The notes: generated by a model not told the origin, from the letters alone. A stretch of 64,000 nt of DNA from an uncultured Chloroflexia bacterium (GCA_963700285.1 CAVOXA010000014.1:704001-768000); one strand, 5' to 3'; shown: positions 43,097-53,353, numbered from the stretch's first letter. Program-made: numbers and translations.

Positions 43097-44518
43097 TTAC
43101 TGTATGTTGTTGAACATAAGAGGCAGATACAGCATGGCTTTTTCCGGCACCAGGAATCCTGGCTTCCCACTCGGCAGGATAAAGAGGGCAGCCGGTTGGT
43201 TCCCAGCATCTCCCACGGCAAAGGCAGACAGGATGTCACCATCCCCCAACCTGATAGGCAGCGGATCGATCAACGTCGTGCTGCCATCAGCCGTTGTGAT
43301 TTTGAAATCATACATCCCCTCCGGCAGTTCCGAGTAAGGGGCGATGGTGTCATACGGCACATCATCGAGGATAACGGTCCCGTCCTGCAACCGCACGTCG
43401 GCCTTGGTGTCCGCAGCATCAGTGGCAAAGGGCGCCAGGTGACCGATTCGGACCTTGCCCTTCCCGGCTGACGGCGCCGCATTGTCATCCTCGAGCAACT
43501 CAAGGCCCAGATCCCAGCCATTCGCACCGCCTTTGGCGATGGCCACATAGTCCTTGGTATGGTTGAGATTGACCGTGGCGCTGATGGCCGCTGTGGTACT
43601 GCCCGCTGGGAAGACTTCTACCAGATGGTCCACACCGGCTTCCACAGGCAAGTACGCGGTCGAATCCGCAAACTCAAAGCCGTCCAGCACCTCTGTGCCG
43701 TCCAGCTCTATGGACACCGCCGTGTCAGGATCCATGGCAAACGGTGCCAGGTGCGCGACCTGTAGCGATGCGGCCAGCGGCAGCAGGCTGCCTTCCTCCC
43801 CGCTCGGCAGGGCAAAGGCCCCCACCGGCTGGTTCCCACCATCACCTACTGCAAACACAGAGACGATGTCACCAGCACTCAGTGTCACCGGCATCGGATC
43901 GATCAGAGTCGTACTTCCGTCGGCGGTCGTGATCTTCAGGTCGTATGTCCCGGCATCCAGCTCAAGGTAATCGGCGACGGCCCCATAGGGTACATCGTCC
44001 AACAGGACTGTCCCATCCTGCAGCCGCACATCCGCCTTGGTATCCGCTTCCAGGGCGGCAAAGGGTGCAAGGTGGCCGATGCGCACCTTTGCTTTTCCAC
44101 CTGGTGGTGCGGCGTTGTTATCCTCGAGTAGCTTCAGACCGAGGTCCCAACCATTACCACCCCCGATCGCAATAGCCGTGTACTCCATATCCTCCATCAA
44201 GTTCACGGTTGCGCTAATGGCTGCTGTAGTACTGCCGGCTGGGAACACCTCGATCAGATGGTCAACGCCAGCCTCCAATTTGAGATACTCTGTCGAATCG
44301 GCAAACTCAAAGTCGTTTAGCACAGCCGTACCGTCCACCTCAATAGTCACGGCCGTATCTGGATCTTGGGCAAACGGCGCCAGATGCACGACGGCGAGTT
44401 TCGCCATCGTGGCCGATGGCGCCACCTGTTCTGTATCTTCCTGGGCAATAGCCATGATGCCCAGAACAACCACCAATGCCAGCACTAGGGCCAGCACCAA
44501 AGCAAGTCTTTTCATCAT
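43097..44518 (-). CDS. Tandem-duplicated DUF4397 surface protein with Chloroflexi-type C-terminal tail
   Basis: Signal peptide; two ~210-aa internal repeats (HLAPFA..PDTAV...KVRIGHLAPFA); ends MLYLPLMFNNIQ. Confidence 0.8.
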   Translation of the reverse strand: MMKRLALVLALVLALVVVLGIMAIAQEDTEQVAPSATMAKLAVVHLAPFAQDPDTAVTIEVDGTAVLNDFEFADSTEYLKLEAGVDHLIEVFPAGSTTAAISATVNLMEDMEYTAIAIGGGNGWDLGLKLLEDNNAAPPGGKAKVRIGHLAPFAALEADTKADVRLQDGTVLLDDVPYGAVADYLELDAGTYDLKITTADGSTTLIDPMPVTLSAGDIVSVFAVGDGGNQPVGAFALPSGEEGSLLPLAASLQVAHLAPFAMDPDTAVSIELDGTEVLDGFEFADSTAYLPVEAGVDHLVEVFPAGSTTAAISATVNLNHTKDYVAIAKGGANGWDLGLELLEDDNAAPSAGKGKVRIGHLAPFATDAADTKADVRLQDGTVILDDVPYDTIAPYSELPEGMYDFKITTADGSTTLIDPLPIRLGDGDILSAFAVGDAGNQPAALFILPSGKPGFLVPEKAMLYLPLMFNNIQ

Positions 44519-44714
44519 TAGCCTCCTGCTGCTAGGTTCCTATTTCTTTTGGATTTACAAAATGGAAGACGCGCATTGCGCATCTCAAACTCCTTATTTC
44601 CGTATCGGAGGACAAAGATTCCTCGATGGACACCTTCCTTTCTCTCGGAAATGCCGAGCTCAGCGATCTTGGGCAGAAACACAAATACCGGTTCTTGTCT
44701 GCACCGGCGCTTTC

Positions 44715-44772
44715 ATTGTACCCAAAGGACTCTCCCCGTGCACTAGGCAAAAGGAGAGTCCTTGTGGATAAT
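44715..44772 (-). promoter_or_regulatory. Palindromic promoter/operator element, copy 2
   Basis: AAGGACTCTCC...GGAGAGTCCTT inverted repeat, central GCCTAGTGCA and TACAAT -10. Confidence 0.7.
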
Positions 44773-44917
44773 CTATTTCTGTTCTTATGGCTAGCCCGGA
44801 CTTGGTCGATCGGCTAGTACCAAGCGGGATCTATGAAAAGCGCAGGGACTCGATGGGTGTTACGGGCGGATAGCAGGACCAATATACCCGATAGCGTATA
44901 GCCCGGACTGCACCGTC

Positions 44918-45568
44918 TCAGGATTTCGGTACGAGATTATGTTGAAACGCAAGCGCGGCAGCCTCAGTCCGGTTCGAGGCTCCCAACTTGGAGAGGATGC
45001 TACCAACATGGTATTTCGCGGCGGCCACACTCACGACCAGACGCTCTGCAATCTCGGCATTGGAATGCCCTTGGACGAGCAAGGCCAAAACGTCTCTCTC
45101 CCGGTCCGTCAGGTCATCGCCCATCTTGACCGAGGGCTGGCCAGCACGGACCAGGGCTTGCACCGCCTCCGGCGCCAACGTGGGTCGCCCGGCGTAGGCG
45201 GCACGTATCGCCTCGGCAAGCTCATCCATGGACGCGCCCTTGAGCAAGTAACCGACAGCGCCTGCTTGCATAACACCCTGTACCAGGTCGCCACTGTAGA
45301 AGCTGGTCAAGGCCAATACCTGCACCTGGGGATACCGCTTCCGGAGCGCCCTTGTTGTTTCGACACCATCCATCCCGGGCATCATCATGTCCATCAAGAC
45401 AACGTCGGGCTGCACCTGACCGCATAGATCTAGGGCTTCCTCACCACTTTGGGCTTCTCCTACGACTTCAATATCGTCGAAGGCGAGCAATAGGAATCGG
45501 ATCCCCCCTCTGAGGATTTCATGGTCGTCGACAGTCATGACACGAATCTTTTGTGTTTCTCCCATCAT
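44918..45568 (-). CDS. NarL/LuxR family response regulator
   Basis: VDDHEILRGG, PDVVLMDMMMPGMDG and LTDRERDVL...SNAEIAERL HTH. Confidence 0.92.
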   Translation of the reverse strand: MMGETQKIRVMTVDDHEILRGGIRFLLLAFDDIEVVGEAQSGEEALDLCGQVQPDVVLMDMMMPGMDGVETTRALRKRYPQVQVLALTSFYSGDLVQGVMQAGAVGYLLKGASMDELAEAIRAAYAGRPTLAPEAVQALVRAGQPSVKMGDDLTDRERDVLALLVQGHSNAEIAERLVVSVAAAKYHVGSILSKLGASNRTEAAALAFQHNLVPKS

Positions 45569-45578
45569 CCCATCCCCT

Positions 45579-48170
45579 TCAGGCTGCAGGCCACACCACC
45601 TCGACCCGGGTACCATGGCCAGGACGGCTGGCTATGTTCAGTTTGGCACCGATGGCCTGCGCACGCTCTCGCATGATCTCCAGGCCCAACTGGTGGGCCT
45701 GGACCCTGTCTCCGTCAAAGCCAAGGCCATTATCACACACCTTCAACCTCGCCTGCCCTGGCTCACAGTGAAGGCTAAGCTCTGCCTCGCTGGCTCGAGC
45801 ATGTTTGCTGATGTTATTGAGCGCTTCCTGGGCTATGCGGTAGAGGGCGACCCGGACATCACCTGGCAGAGTACAGTCGCCCATCACGTTTGCCGTCACG
45901 GGCATGCGGGTACGGCCCATCATAGCATCCGCCAACTGACGGAGGAGCACACCTAGCTCGTGTTCCAGCAGGGCAGCCGGTCGCAGTTCCAGCAACATGG
46001 TACGCATTTCGGCAAGCGCACCTTGAGTCAACAAGCGAAGCTCCTCCAAGCCGTGACGGGCCTCTTCCGGGTTGCGCTCCCAGACCCGGGGCAGAGCCTC
46101 AGAAATCGCCGCTACCGAAAACAGGGTCTGGGTGACGGCATCGTGGAGTTCGCGCGCAATCCGTTCCCGTTCCGCACTGGCAGCAGCTTCCTCAAGCTGG
46201 AGCTCGGCCTTCCTTCGGTGAGTGATATCCTGGGTCGCTACCACCACACTATCTATCTCACCCGATTCATCGAACAGTGGCGCCGCATTTGAGGAGAGCA
46301 AGAGCTGGGTTCCGTCAGACATTTTGATTCCGTGCTCGATGTTTTGGACCGGTTCGCCGCAGCCCATCACCCGGGCAAAAGGCAGTTCCTGGTCGGGGAG
46401 AGGCTTGCCATCCTTGGCGGTGCCCTGCCATACTGGATCGTTGTAGGAACGCCCCAGAAGTGTGGTAACCCCCCTCGCCTGATCCGCAAGCTGCTGCAGC
46501 AATCGGTTGGAAAAAGTCATTCGCCCGTGCCGGTCAAATACAGCGATTCCCACTGGACTGGTGTCCATCACTCTAGCAATGAGATCGCGCTCCCATTGCA
46601 GCGCTTCCTCGATCTGCTTGCGCTCCGTCATATCCCGCGAGGCAACGACCACGCCCGCAACCGAGCCATCTAGGTCCTGCACCGGGTAGTAGCCGACATC
46701 CATGTACTTGGCCTCTTCATCGGGCACAGGAAACCAGGCCTGGAAGTGAACCTCATCGCCAGCGAGGCACCGATCCAGATGCGGCTTCACTTGTTCTTCA
46801 AAGACTCTCGTGCCCAAGAGTTCCGCCACGTGCATGCCTACGATCTCTGCCCGTGGCTTCTTGGCAAACTCAGCGTATGTCTCGTTGACCGCACGATAGA
46901 CATAGTCACCGTCGACATAGGATATCGGATCAGAGACTGTGCCTACGATGGTCTCATACCGGCGCAGCGTGCTCTCCACGCGCTTGCGCTCGGTGATATC
47001 CCGCAGTGCTCCATAGACCCGTACAACGCGGTCACGGCCATCATCCCAGACTGGTTTTCCGCTGTGGTGCAGCCACCGCAGTCGGCCATCCTTGGTGATG
47101 ATCCGGAGCTCATGGGCATCTTTCTGGCCCGAGAGCAGTCTCTGCATGTGCTCCTGGACGGCAGGCAAGTCTGCCGGATGGACTATGCGCTCCCAGCCAC
47201 CGTGAGTCTCCAGCTCCTGCGCCGAAAAACCTGTGACCCGGTCGAGCGACTGCGTCATCCATTCAGGTGACAGGCTTCCGTCGCAATCTACACGAAAAGC
47301 GTAGGCCAGATCTGTATTGAGTTGTGAGACCGCCCGGTATCTCTCCTCGCTGGAGCTCAACGCCTTCTCTGCCGATACCCGCTCCGCGATTCTGCCCAGC
47401 CGCTCGGCGATGGCATTGAGCAAGCGTCTCTCTTCCCTCAAGAAGGGGCCTTCGTCCCGGTCTGGCCGGGCCTCTTTGTAGTAGACTTCGATGCTGCCAG
47501 AAAGCTTGTCGTAGACCCTGATGCCGCAGCTCTGCTTCCATTCCGTTGCTACAAATCCTCTTGATTGGTATGTCCGCCCATGAAGGACCACACGCGCACA
47601 CGCGATCTCTGGATATTGCCAGGCTGGCGGTATGAGGTCCGCCGTGCCCGCGAGGATATCTGGCAAGAAGAGGTCTGCCTGCTCGATCAGTCTGGAAATA
47701 CCATAGAGACAATCCAGCTCTTTCACCCGCTCCTTGACTTCATGCATCTGGACCCGGAGCATCTCCTCCGCGTGCTGAATGCGCAGCATCGCCTTCACCC
47801 GAGCCACAAGCTCCCGCTCGGAAGCTGGCCGAACGATATACTCATTCGCACCCTCTTCCAAGCCCTCGGCCTGGCTGGCAGAGTCAATCCTCCTACCGGA
47901 GAGCATAGCCACGAAAGTATTGGCCAGCGCTGGGTCAGCCTTGATCCGCCGGCATACCTCCATACCGTCCATGTCGGGCAAAATGACATCGAGAAGGATC
48001 AGGTCTGGCCTGACCTCCCTCGCCAGACGCAGACCCTCGCTGCCCGTAGCCGCCTCCACCACCTGATAGCCTGCATCCGTCAGCAGCCGCGATGTGGAGT
48101 GCAGCAGAAACGGCTCGTCGTCAACGATGAGTACTCGGGCCGCACTGGCAGGATCCTTGCTCTGTGTCAT
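45579..48170 (-). CDS. Hybrid sensor kinase REC-(GAF-like)-PAS x3-HisKA_3-HATPase
   Basis: N-terminal REC (VDDE, LLDVILPD); three PAS/PAC ends (RDITERK, RDMTERK, QDITHRR); ERERIARELHDAVTQ, QEALNNISKHA and DNGLG. Confidence 0.92.
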   Translation of the reverse strand: MTQSKDPASAARVLIVDDEPFLLHSTSRLLTDAGYQVVEAATGSEGLRLAREVRPDLILLDVILPDMDGMEVCRRIKADPALANTFVAMLSGRRIDSASQAEGLEEGANEYIVRPASERELVARVKAMLRIQHAEEMLRVQMHEVKERVKELDCLYGISRLIEQADLFLPDILAGTADLIPPAWQYPEIACARVVLHGRTYQSRGFVATEWKQSCGIRVYDKLSGSIEVYYKEARPDRDEGPFLREERRLLNAIAERLGRIAERVSAEKALSSSEERYRAVSQLNTDLAYAFRVDCDGSLSPEWMTQSLDRVTGFSAQELETHGGWERIVHPADLPAVQEHMQRLLSGQKDAHELRIITKDGRLRWLHHSGKPVWDDGRDRVVRVYGALRDITERKRVESTLRRYETIVGTVSDPISYVDGDYVYRAVNETYAEFAKKPRAEIVGMHVAELLGTRVFEEQVKPHLDRCLAGDEVHFQAWFPVPDEEAKYMDVGYYPVQDLDGSVAGVVVASRDMTERKQIEEALQWERDLIARVMDTSPVGIAVFDRHGRMTFSNRLLQQLADQARGVTTLLGRSYNDPVWQGTAKDGKPLPDQELPFARVMGCGEPVQNIEHGIKMSDGTQLLLSSNAAPLFDESGEIDSVVVATQDITHRRKAELQLEEAAASAERERIARELHDAVTQTLFSVAAISEALPRVWERNPEEARHGLEELRLLTQGALAEMRTMLLELRPAALLEHELGVLLRQLADAMMGRTRMPVTANVMGDCTLPGDVRVALYRIAQEALNNISKHARASEAELSLHCEPGQARLKVCDNGLGFDGDRVQAHQLGLEIMRERAQAIGAKLNIASRPGHGTRVEVVWPAA

Positions 48171-49399
48171 GCCCCACTCCTGTCGTCAGACCCCTGCTCA
48201 AATTGGATAGGCAGCGATACGTAAAAGGTAGAGCCCTTGTCCACCTCGCTCTCTACCCAGATCCTTCCCCGGTGTCCCGCGACAATCCGCCGCGCTATGG
48301 CCAGCCCCAATCCGGTACTCCTTTCTCCCTCTGTCCCCCTCACGCTGGTTCTGCCAAACCACTTGAACAATCTGTCGATCTCTTTGGCTGGAATACCCTG
48401 CCCCTCATCTCTGACCGAGACCACTACCTGATCTGCCATTCGCTCCAGACCTACCTCCACCTGGCTTCCCTGGTGGGAGAACTTGACCGCATTGGAAATG
48501 AGGTTGTTCAAGACCTGCTCTATCTTGACAGGATCTAGCAGCATCAAAGGTAGTGATTCCTCATGTCGAAAAGAGAGACGAATCTGCTTGCTGTCCGCCA
48601 GAATGCTATTCAATACCAGATTGCGGTCGATCAGAGCGACCAGGTCTGTCGGTTCAAGCGAGAGGACCAGCCGGCCAGACTCGATGGCAGACACGTCCAG
48701 CAGGTCTTCGACCATCTGCAGCATGAAGCCGCCATAGGACTCGATGATTGATAGGAACTCAATCTGTTCCTCCTCTAGCCGGGACGAGGCCCTGTCCAGC
48801 AAAAACCGGGCACAAGACTGAACGACAAAGAGTGGGTTGCGCAAGTCATGAGCGGCCATACCCAGGAACTCATCCTTGAGCTTGATGAGCTTCTCCAACT
48901 CGGCGTTACTCTTGGCTAGCTCTCTTTGGAGCGTGACCAGCTCATTGTTCAGGCGGCTCAGTTCATCGTAGAGCGCGGCGGTTCGTCCAGTGTGGAGGCG
49001 CTCCATTTCAGTGCGTTCCTTGACCGCTTGCCGCAGGGCTGACGTCTGTTCTCCACTGATCTGCGCAAGCTCATCACAGAACCGGCCCAACGCGCTGGAA
49101 CTTGTCGCCGCTATGATCAGGAGCTTGCTGCCAGCGACGACTCCCGTAAAGTGCAACACCTGAACGCCACCGTTGTCAGAGACAGTTAATTCCCAGTCAA
49201 AGGCCGTGCCCCGGGCTCGCACGACGGCCAGAAAGCTAAGTGCCTTGCCAAGGCCAGGTGGATCGATGAGCTGAGTGAAAGGACGGCCCAGTCGCGCCTT
49301 GCTGGCCATCGCCAGGTCGTCGTGTAGCACCTGCTCAAGCAATCCCTGGGCATCGCATAGCAGTGCAAGGCCGGGAACCTCTGCGATTGAGTTCATCAT
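48167..49399 (-). CDS. Cytoplasmic sensor histidine kinase (HisKA-HATPase) with coiled-coil linker
   Basis: LYDELSRLNNELVTLQREL coiled coil; AAHDLRNPL, NLISNAVKF, DEGQG and GLGLAI; ATGA overlaps on both sides. Confidence 0.9.
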   Translation of the reverse strand: MMNSIAEVPGLALLCDAQGLLEQVLHDDLAMASKARLGRPFTQLIDPPGLGKALSFLAVVRARGTAFDWELTVSDNGGVQVLHFTGVVAGSKLLIIAATSSSALGRFCDELAQISGEQTSALRQAVKERTEMERLHTGRTAALYDELSRLNNELVTLQRELAKSNAELEKLIKLKDEFLGMAAHDLRNPLFVVQSCARFLLDRASSRLEEEQIEFLSIIESYGGFMLQMVEDLLDVSAIESGRLVLSLEPTDLVALIDRNLVLNSILADSKQIRLSFRHEESLPLMLLDPVKIEQVLNNLISNAVKFSHQGSQVEVGLERMADQVVVSVRDEGQGIPAKEIDRLFKWFGRTSVRGTEGERSTGLGLAIARRIVAGHRGRIWVESEVDKGSTFYVSLPIQFEQGSDDRSGA

Positions 49400-50460
49400 T
49401 CCTCATCCACCATGCACATGGCCAGTGTTACAGCTTCCTGGGCATCGGGGGCATAGCCATGGGCGCCAATGGTCCTCCACAGCCCCGGCGAAAGGTTGAA
49501 AGGATAGCCGCCTACCAGGACCCGCACCATCTTGGTCGCCTCCGCGCTCTGCACTCGAGCAACAAGGTCGGCCACAGCGCTGACATGAAACGTCATCGTA
49601 GCTGAAATGGCCAGAATCTCTGCATCGCGTTCTTTGAGTGTGCGCAAGATGCTATCCGCCGGAGTGTTGGCCCCGAGGTAGTAGGCGTCCCATCCCTCTA
49701 TCTCAAAAAAGTCGGCCACCATCCGCGCCCCAAGCTCATGCAGCTCACCGCCCACACAGGTAACGACAGCCCGGTGGCCAATCCTCTCGGCGGAAAAAAC
49801 GTGGGGATAAAGCTGGGACATGATGAGCTGCGTGGCTGCCGTACAGTAGTGCTCTTGGGCCACTGTAACCTGGTTCATCTGCCACAGGCGCCCGATCTCG
49901 CGCTGCGCGCGCTGAAAAACGTAGAGATATAGGTCCTTGATCCCGGCGCCTGCCTGAACTGCGTCGAGGACGAGTGCACTGGCCACATGCCGTTCCCCCT
50001 GCAGAAGAAGACGGAGATAGTCCCGTGCCAGATCCACCAGTGGGGCATCTGGTTCCAGATGGGTTGGCAGAGTGGGGGAGGTCTTTCGTAGCTTGTCAAG
50101 GGCTGCAGCACAATAATCGTCCGTGATGGCACTCAAATCCGGGGGTAGATGTTGTCCAAGTACATCACGCATACATTGGAGGGTAGCCACCAAGACCTCA
50201 TCGGGAAAACCAAGGCCGGCAAAGAGTACTTTGGTCCAGGCTGAGTAGTTGGCAAAAAGATTAGGATCGCAGACGGACAGCGCTTGCGCCAAGTAGGTCA
50301 GGTGATAGCCCACATCGCGGACCGATTTCTCTCTCCCTTCCTCCCCGTAGCGCGCCCAGGGCTCTGCCTGGAGGGCATACTGGAGGTCAACAACCTCCTT
50401 CGCCAGGCTTGTCAATTGCTCATCAATGATCTGGCTCGCTTTCGAAGCATCTTTGCTCAT
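49396..50460 (-). CDS. Globin/phycobiliprotein-like domain + CarH-type cobalamin-binding protein (no DNA-binding domain)
   Basis: W-x9-EH (WQMNQVTVAQEH), E-x-H-x2-G (ELHELG), YLGANTP and VLVGG; helical N-domain KSVRDVGYHLTYLAQAL...LFANYSAW. Confidence 0.85.
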   Translation of the reverse strand: MSKDASKASQIIDEQLTSLAKEVVDLQYALQAEPWARYGEEGREKSVRDVGYHLTYLAQALSVCDPNLFANYSAWTKVLFAGLGFPDEVLVATLQCMRDVLGQHLPPDLSAITDDYCAAALDKLRKTSPTLPTHLEPDAPLVDLARDYLRLLLQGERHVASALVLDAVQAGAGIKDLYLYVFQRAQREIGRLWQMNQVTVAQEHYCTAATQLIMSQLYPHVFSAERIGHRAVVTCVGGELHELGARMVADFFEIEGWDAYYLGANTPADSILRTLKERDAEILAISATMTFHVSAVADLVARVQSAEATKMVRVLVGGYPFNLSPGLWRTIGAHGYAPDAQEAVTLAMCMVDEE

Positions 50461-50643
50461 TGGGGCCTCCTCGCACTCGGGCCACCCTGGGACAGCATAG
50501 CGGGAATGCTAGCAGACGGGCTGCCCAGCTCACCATTTCGTGCAGGCTGACAACCTTATTCTAATCGTACCTGCAGGAAAACGCAAGTACCCTGAGGCCC
50601 CTCAGACAGGGGGCTGATGGTACCAGGCAGATGGCCAAGCTGC

Positions 50644-50988
50644 CTACAAGATCAAGATGATCCCCGCAATGATTTCCACGGCCAGGCTCAAAAGATTCGA
50701 GCGCTCAGTCGACCGGTCGAGAACGATCCCCGCGGTCCGTGCCAGGGCAATGACCAAGTATACAATGCCCAGCATCTGGTACGCCTCTGGCGCGCTAAGG
50801 AGCAGGGGGGCCAATCCCAGCCCGACAAACGTACCACCAAGAATCGCCCGGATCTCGGTGATCCCTCGCGCGCCAGGAACAATCAGCCCCGTAAAACCCA
50901 TCACCGACCGGGGTCGGACCAAAGAAACCAGGCCAGTAGCGATGGTGACCACAGCCATCAGTACTTTGAGAATGTCAAGAATCTCCAC
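50644..50988 (-). CDS. DUF4345-like small membrane protein
   Basis: Four TM; TEIRAILGG motif; GGGAGG RBS. Confidence 0.7.
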   Translation of the reverse strand: MEILDILKVLMAVVTIATGLVSLVRPRSVMGFTGLIVPGARGITEIRAILGGTFVGLGLAPLLLSAPEAYQMLGIVYLVIALARTAGIVLDRSTERSNLLSLAVEIIAGIILIL

Positions 50989-51067
50989 AAGTTTCCTCCC
51001 GTATCCGTTGGAATAGTAGAATGGTTCACTCTTCTCTCAGCGTCCTACCGTCACCACCCAGTCTCTG

Positions 51068-51721
51068 CTAGTGCCCGCAGAAGGACCTGGACGCCACGTC
51101 TGCAGAATCTGGCTCAGCGGCAGGCACTTCTACCGGCGTCCAGTAGCTGCGCATCTTCAGCGGGGAAGGCCGGATCGCCACCCAGGCGCTCCTTCTCACC
51201 AATGACAAAGGTATAGCGGCCCAACTTCACCCTGGGGATGCCAAACTGCCACCAAGTACTGGCCTCTCGTGGGCAGCGTCACCCGCTCTTCCTGGCGCTC
51301 CCAGTAGGAGGTGCCGCTGAACGGCTCGTAGAAGGTGGGAGCGGGTCCGGGTGGCGGCTCAAGCACCAATGCACCTGAGCCTCTCCGGCAGAACTACCCC
51401 CGCCGGCACTTTGTTCTTTGGCAAGCCTGGCCCCATCAGGAACATTGTCGGCGCAAAGTCCTTCTGGCCCTCGACCTGGGGAATGGTCAGTTCTAGAAGG
51501 ATCACCTCGTTCTCCAAGCCCTCAAAGGCAAAGTAGTCCACGTCGACGGCCGAAGACAGGGTGGCATAGATGGCTGTCGAGATGCTGGGATCTCTTATCT
51601 GCCAGGGGTGGTCGGAACTGATGTCCGTATCCTCGAAGAATGGCTGATGTGCCAGTATCGCCGTTGGAGCCAGCACGGAAAGGCTGAGTACCACTACTAT
51701 TCCCAGTATTGTACGTTGCAT
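51068..51721 (-). CDS. Secreted hypothetical protein (frameshifted)
   Basis: Signal peptide ending in AHQPFFE; continues FYEPFSGTSYWERQE and GRYTFVIGEKE in other frames; probable TAG at 51068. Confidence 0.6.
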
Positions 51722-51724
51722 CCC

Positions 51725-53353
51725 CTATTCTCCTAGATGGTCTTCTAGAGTTCCTCGAGACCCGCAATGCCACAATCTGAACCTGCTATCCAAAGTCTCC
51801 TGGGCCTCCCGGTTAACTGGTCCAGAGCATGCTGGGATCAGCGGAAAAAAGCTACTGTTCCGCTCTTCGGCCATGACCGAGCTCGCCACCCGCATGCCAC
51901 CCAGCGCGACCGCCGGCACGGACTGGCCGGGAAAGATGCTGTCACCCACCATCCACAAACTGGGTGCCAGCCGGGGTCCCCAAGCACGAAAGAGGTTGGT
52001 CTGAGGAAAGCCACCCACCCAGCCCCAGGCCCGCCGCGTGAAGCGCTGGAAGGTAACCGGGGTACCGGGTAGGATGAGGTCTACCGCCTCCCGAAGGTTG
52101 GGCAAAGCTACCTCGGCAGCATCCAGAACTCGCTCGACGAAGGCCTGCTTTCTGATCTCGTAGGCGGTCTATCGTGTTCGAATAGATCCCACCAGCCATC
52201 CAACTCTGTGTGTGTGCTTATGGTAAGCGCCCGCCGCCCATCTGGCGCCCTACCAGCGTCCCAGGCTGGACTCAACGAGAGAAAGACCGTGTTGCCATTG
52301 CCAAATGGCTCCCGAAGCACGACCTGGTGGTGGAGGGCAGACTGCGTCGGCACAACCGAGGCATCCAGGCCCACATAGACCATGTAGGCCCCCCATACTT
52401 CTCGCGGCTTTGGGCGGCAGCTCCTTCAGCCGGTGGGGCGCATTGTCTCCCAACAGTCGCGCTATGTTCCAGGGGGTCAGGTTAAAGACGACCGTCTCAG
52501 CCGGAAAGGACGCCCCCTTGTTGGTCTCCACGGCCACAGACCGACCTTTGCTGCTCAGAGCGATTCGCGTCGCCTGCTGGCGAAAATGGACCTGCCCGCC
52601 ATAGCGGCGCACAGCATCCACCAGCTCGCCAGCAATGGCCCCCATGCCGCCCTCGGCGTGCGCAGCTCCCCTCCGAGGTAGATCGAGTGCGGAAGCGCCA
52701 TAGAGGGCATTGGTGTAGCGGCTGGTTGTCTGCGAGGCGATCAGCAACTGGCCATCGACAAAGTAGCGCAGTCGCTCTGAGCGCGCACTGACTGGTCCCT
52801 GCAGGTGGGAAGCCACCGGCCGTAGAGCATCCAGAGCGAGACCCGGTTTGAGCCTTTCTCGTAGATCTTTCCCCAGCCAACCGAAAGCTTGGCCGGCAAG
52901 GTGGGCTGCCTCGCCATAGGCTTGGGGAGGCCAGTCAGGCAGACGCAGGGCGAGGTCCCACATCGCGTCAGAAGTCCGCTCCTGCCAGCGCCAGAATGCC
53001 TCTGATTCAGGACCAAAAGCGCCGCGACGCTCAGCCCAGCGCTGCTTGCCCCGCCACCTCTTCACACAGCTACCATCCGGCAGATGCGAAACCATGACCG
53101 GATCCGCTGGCCGGACGGGCCAGGCTTCGATACGCAGAGCATCACCGACCAAGTCCATGGGGCCGCCTGGGTAGAAGCCGGCTGCCAGCGTTGCGCCAGC
53201 GTCAAAGCGGTAGCCCTGATGGTAAAATGTCCCGGCACAGCCCCCTGCATAGACGTGGGCTTCAAGGACCGTGACATTCAGTCCGGCTCGCGCCAGCAGG
53301 GCTGCTGTCGTTAGTCCGCCGACTCCGGCGCCAACGACCACAACGCGGTTCAT
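51725..53353 (-). CDS. CrtI/CrtD-family FAD-dependent carotenoid desaturase/isomerase (frameshifted)
   Basis: [16 protein letters not shown]...[25 protein letters not shown]...GWVGG and VGDSIFPGQ; ORFs 52250-53353, 52108-52383 and 51725-52105. Confidence 0.8.

Noticed and set aside
43097-44518. ~630-bp direct repeat as a mobile element or CRISPR-like feature
   Set aside because: It is an in-frame domain duplication inside one CDS.
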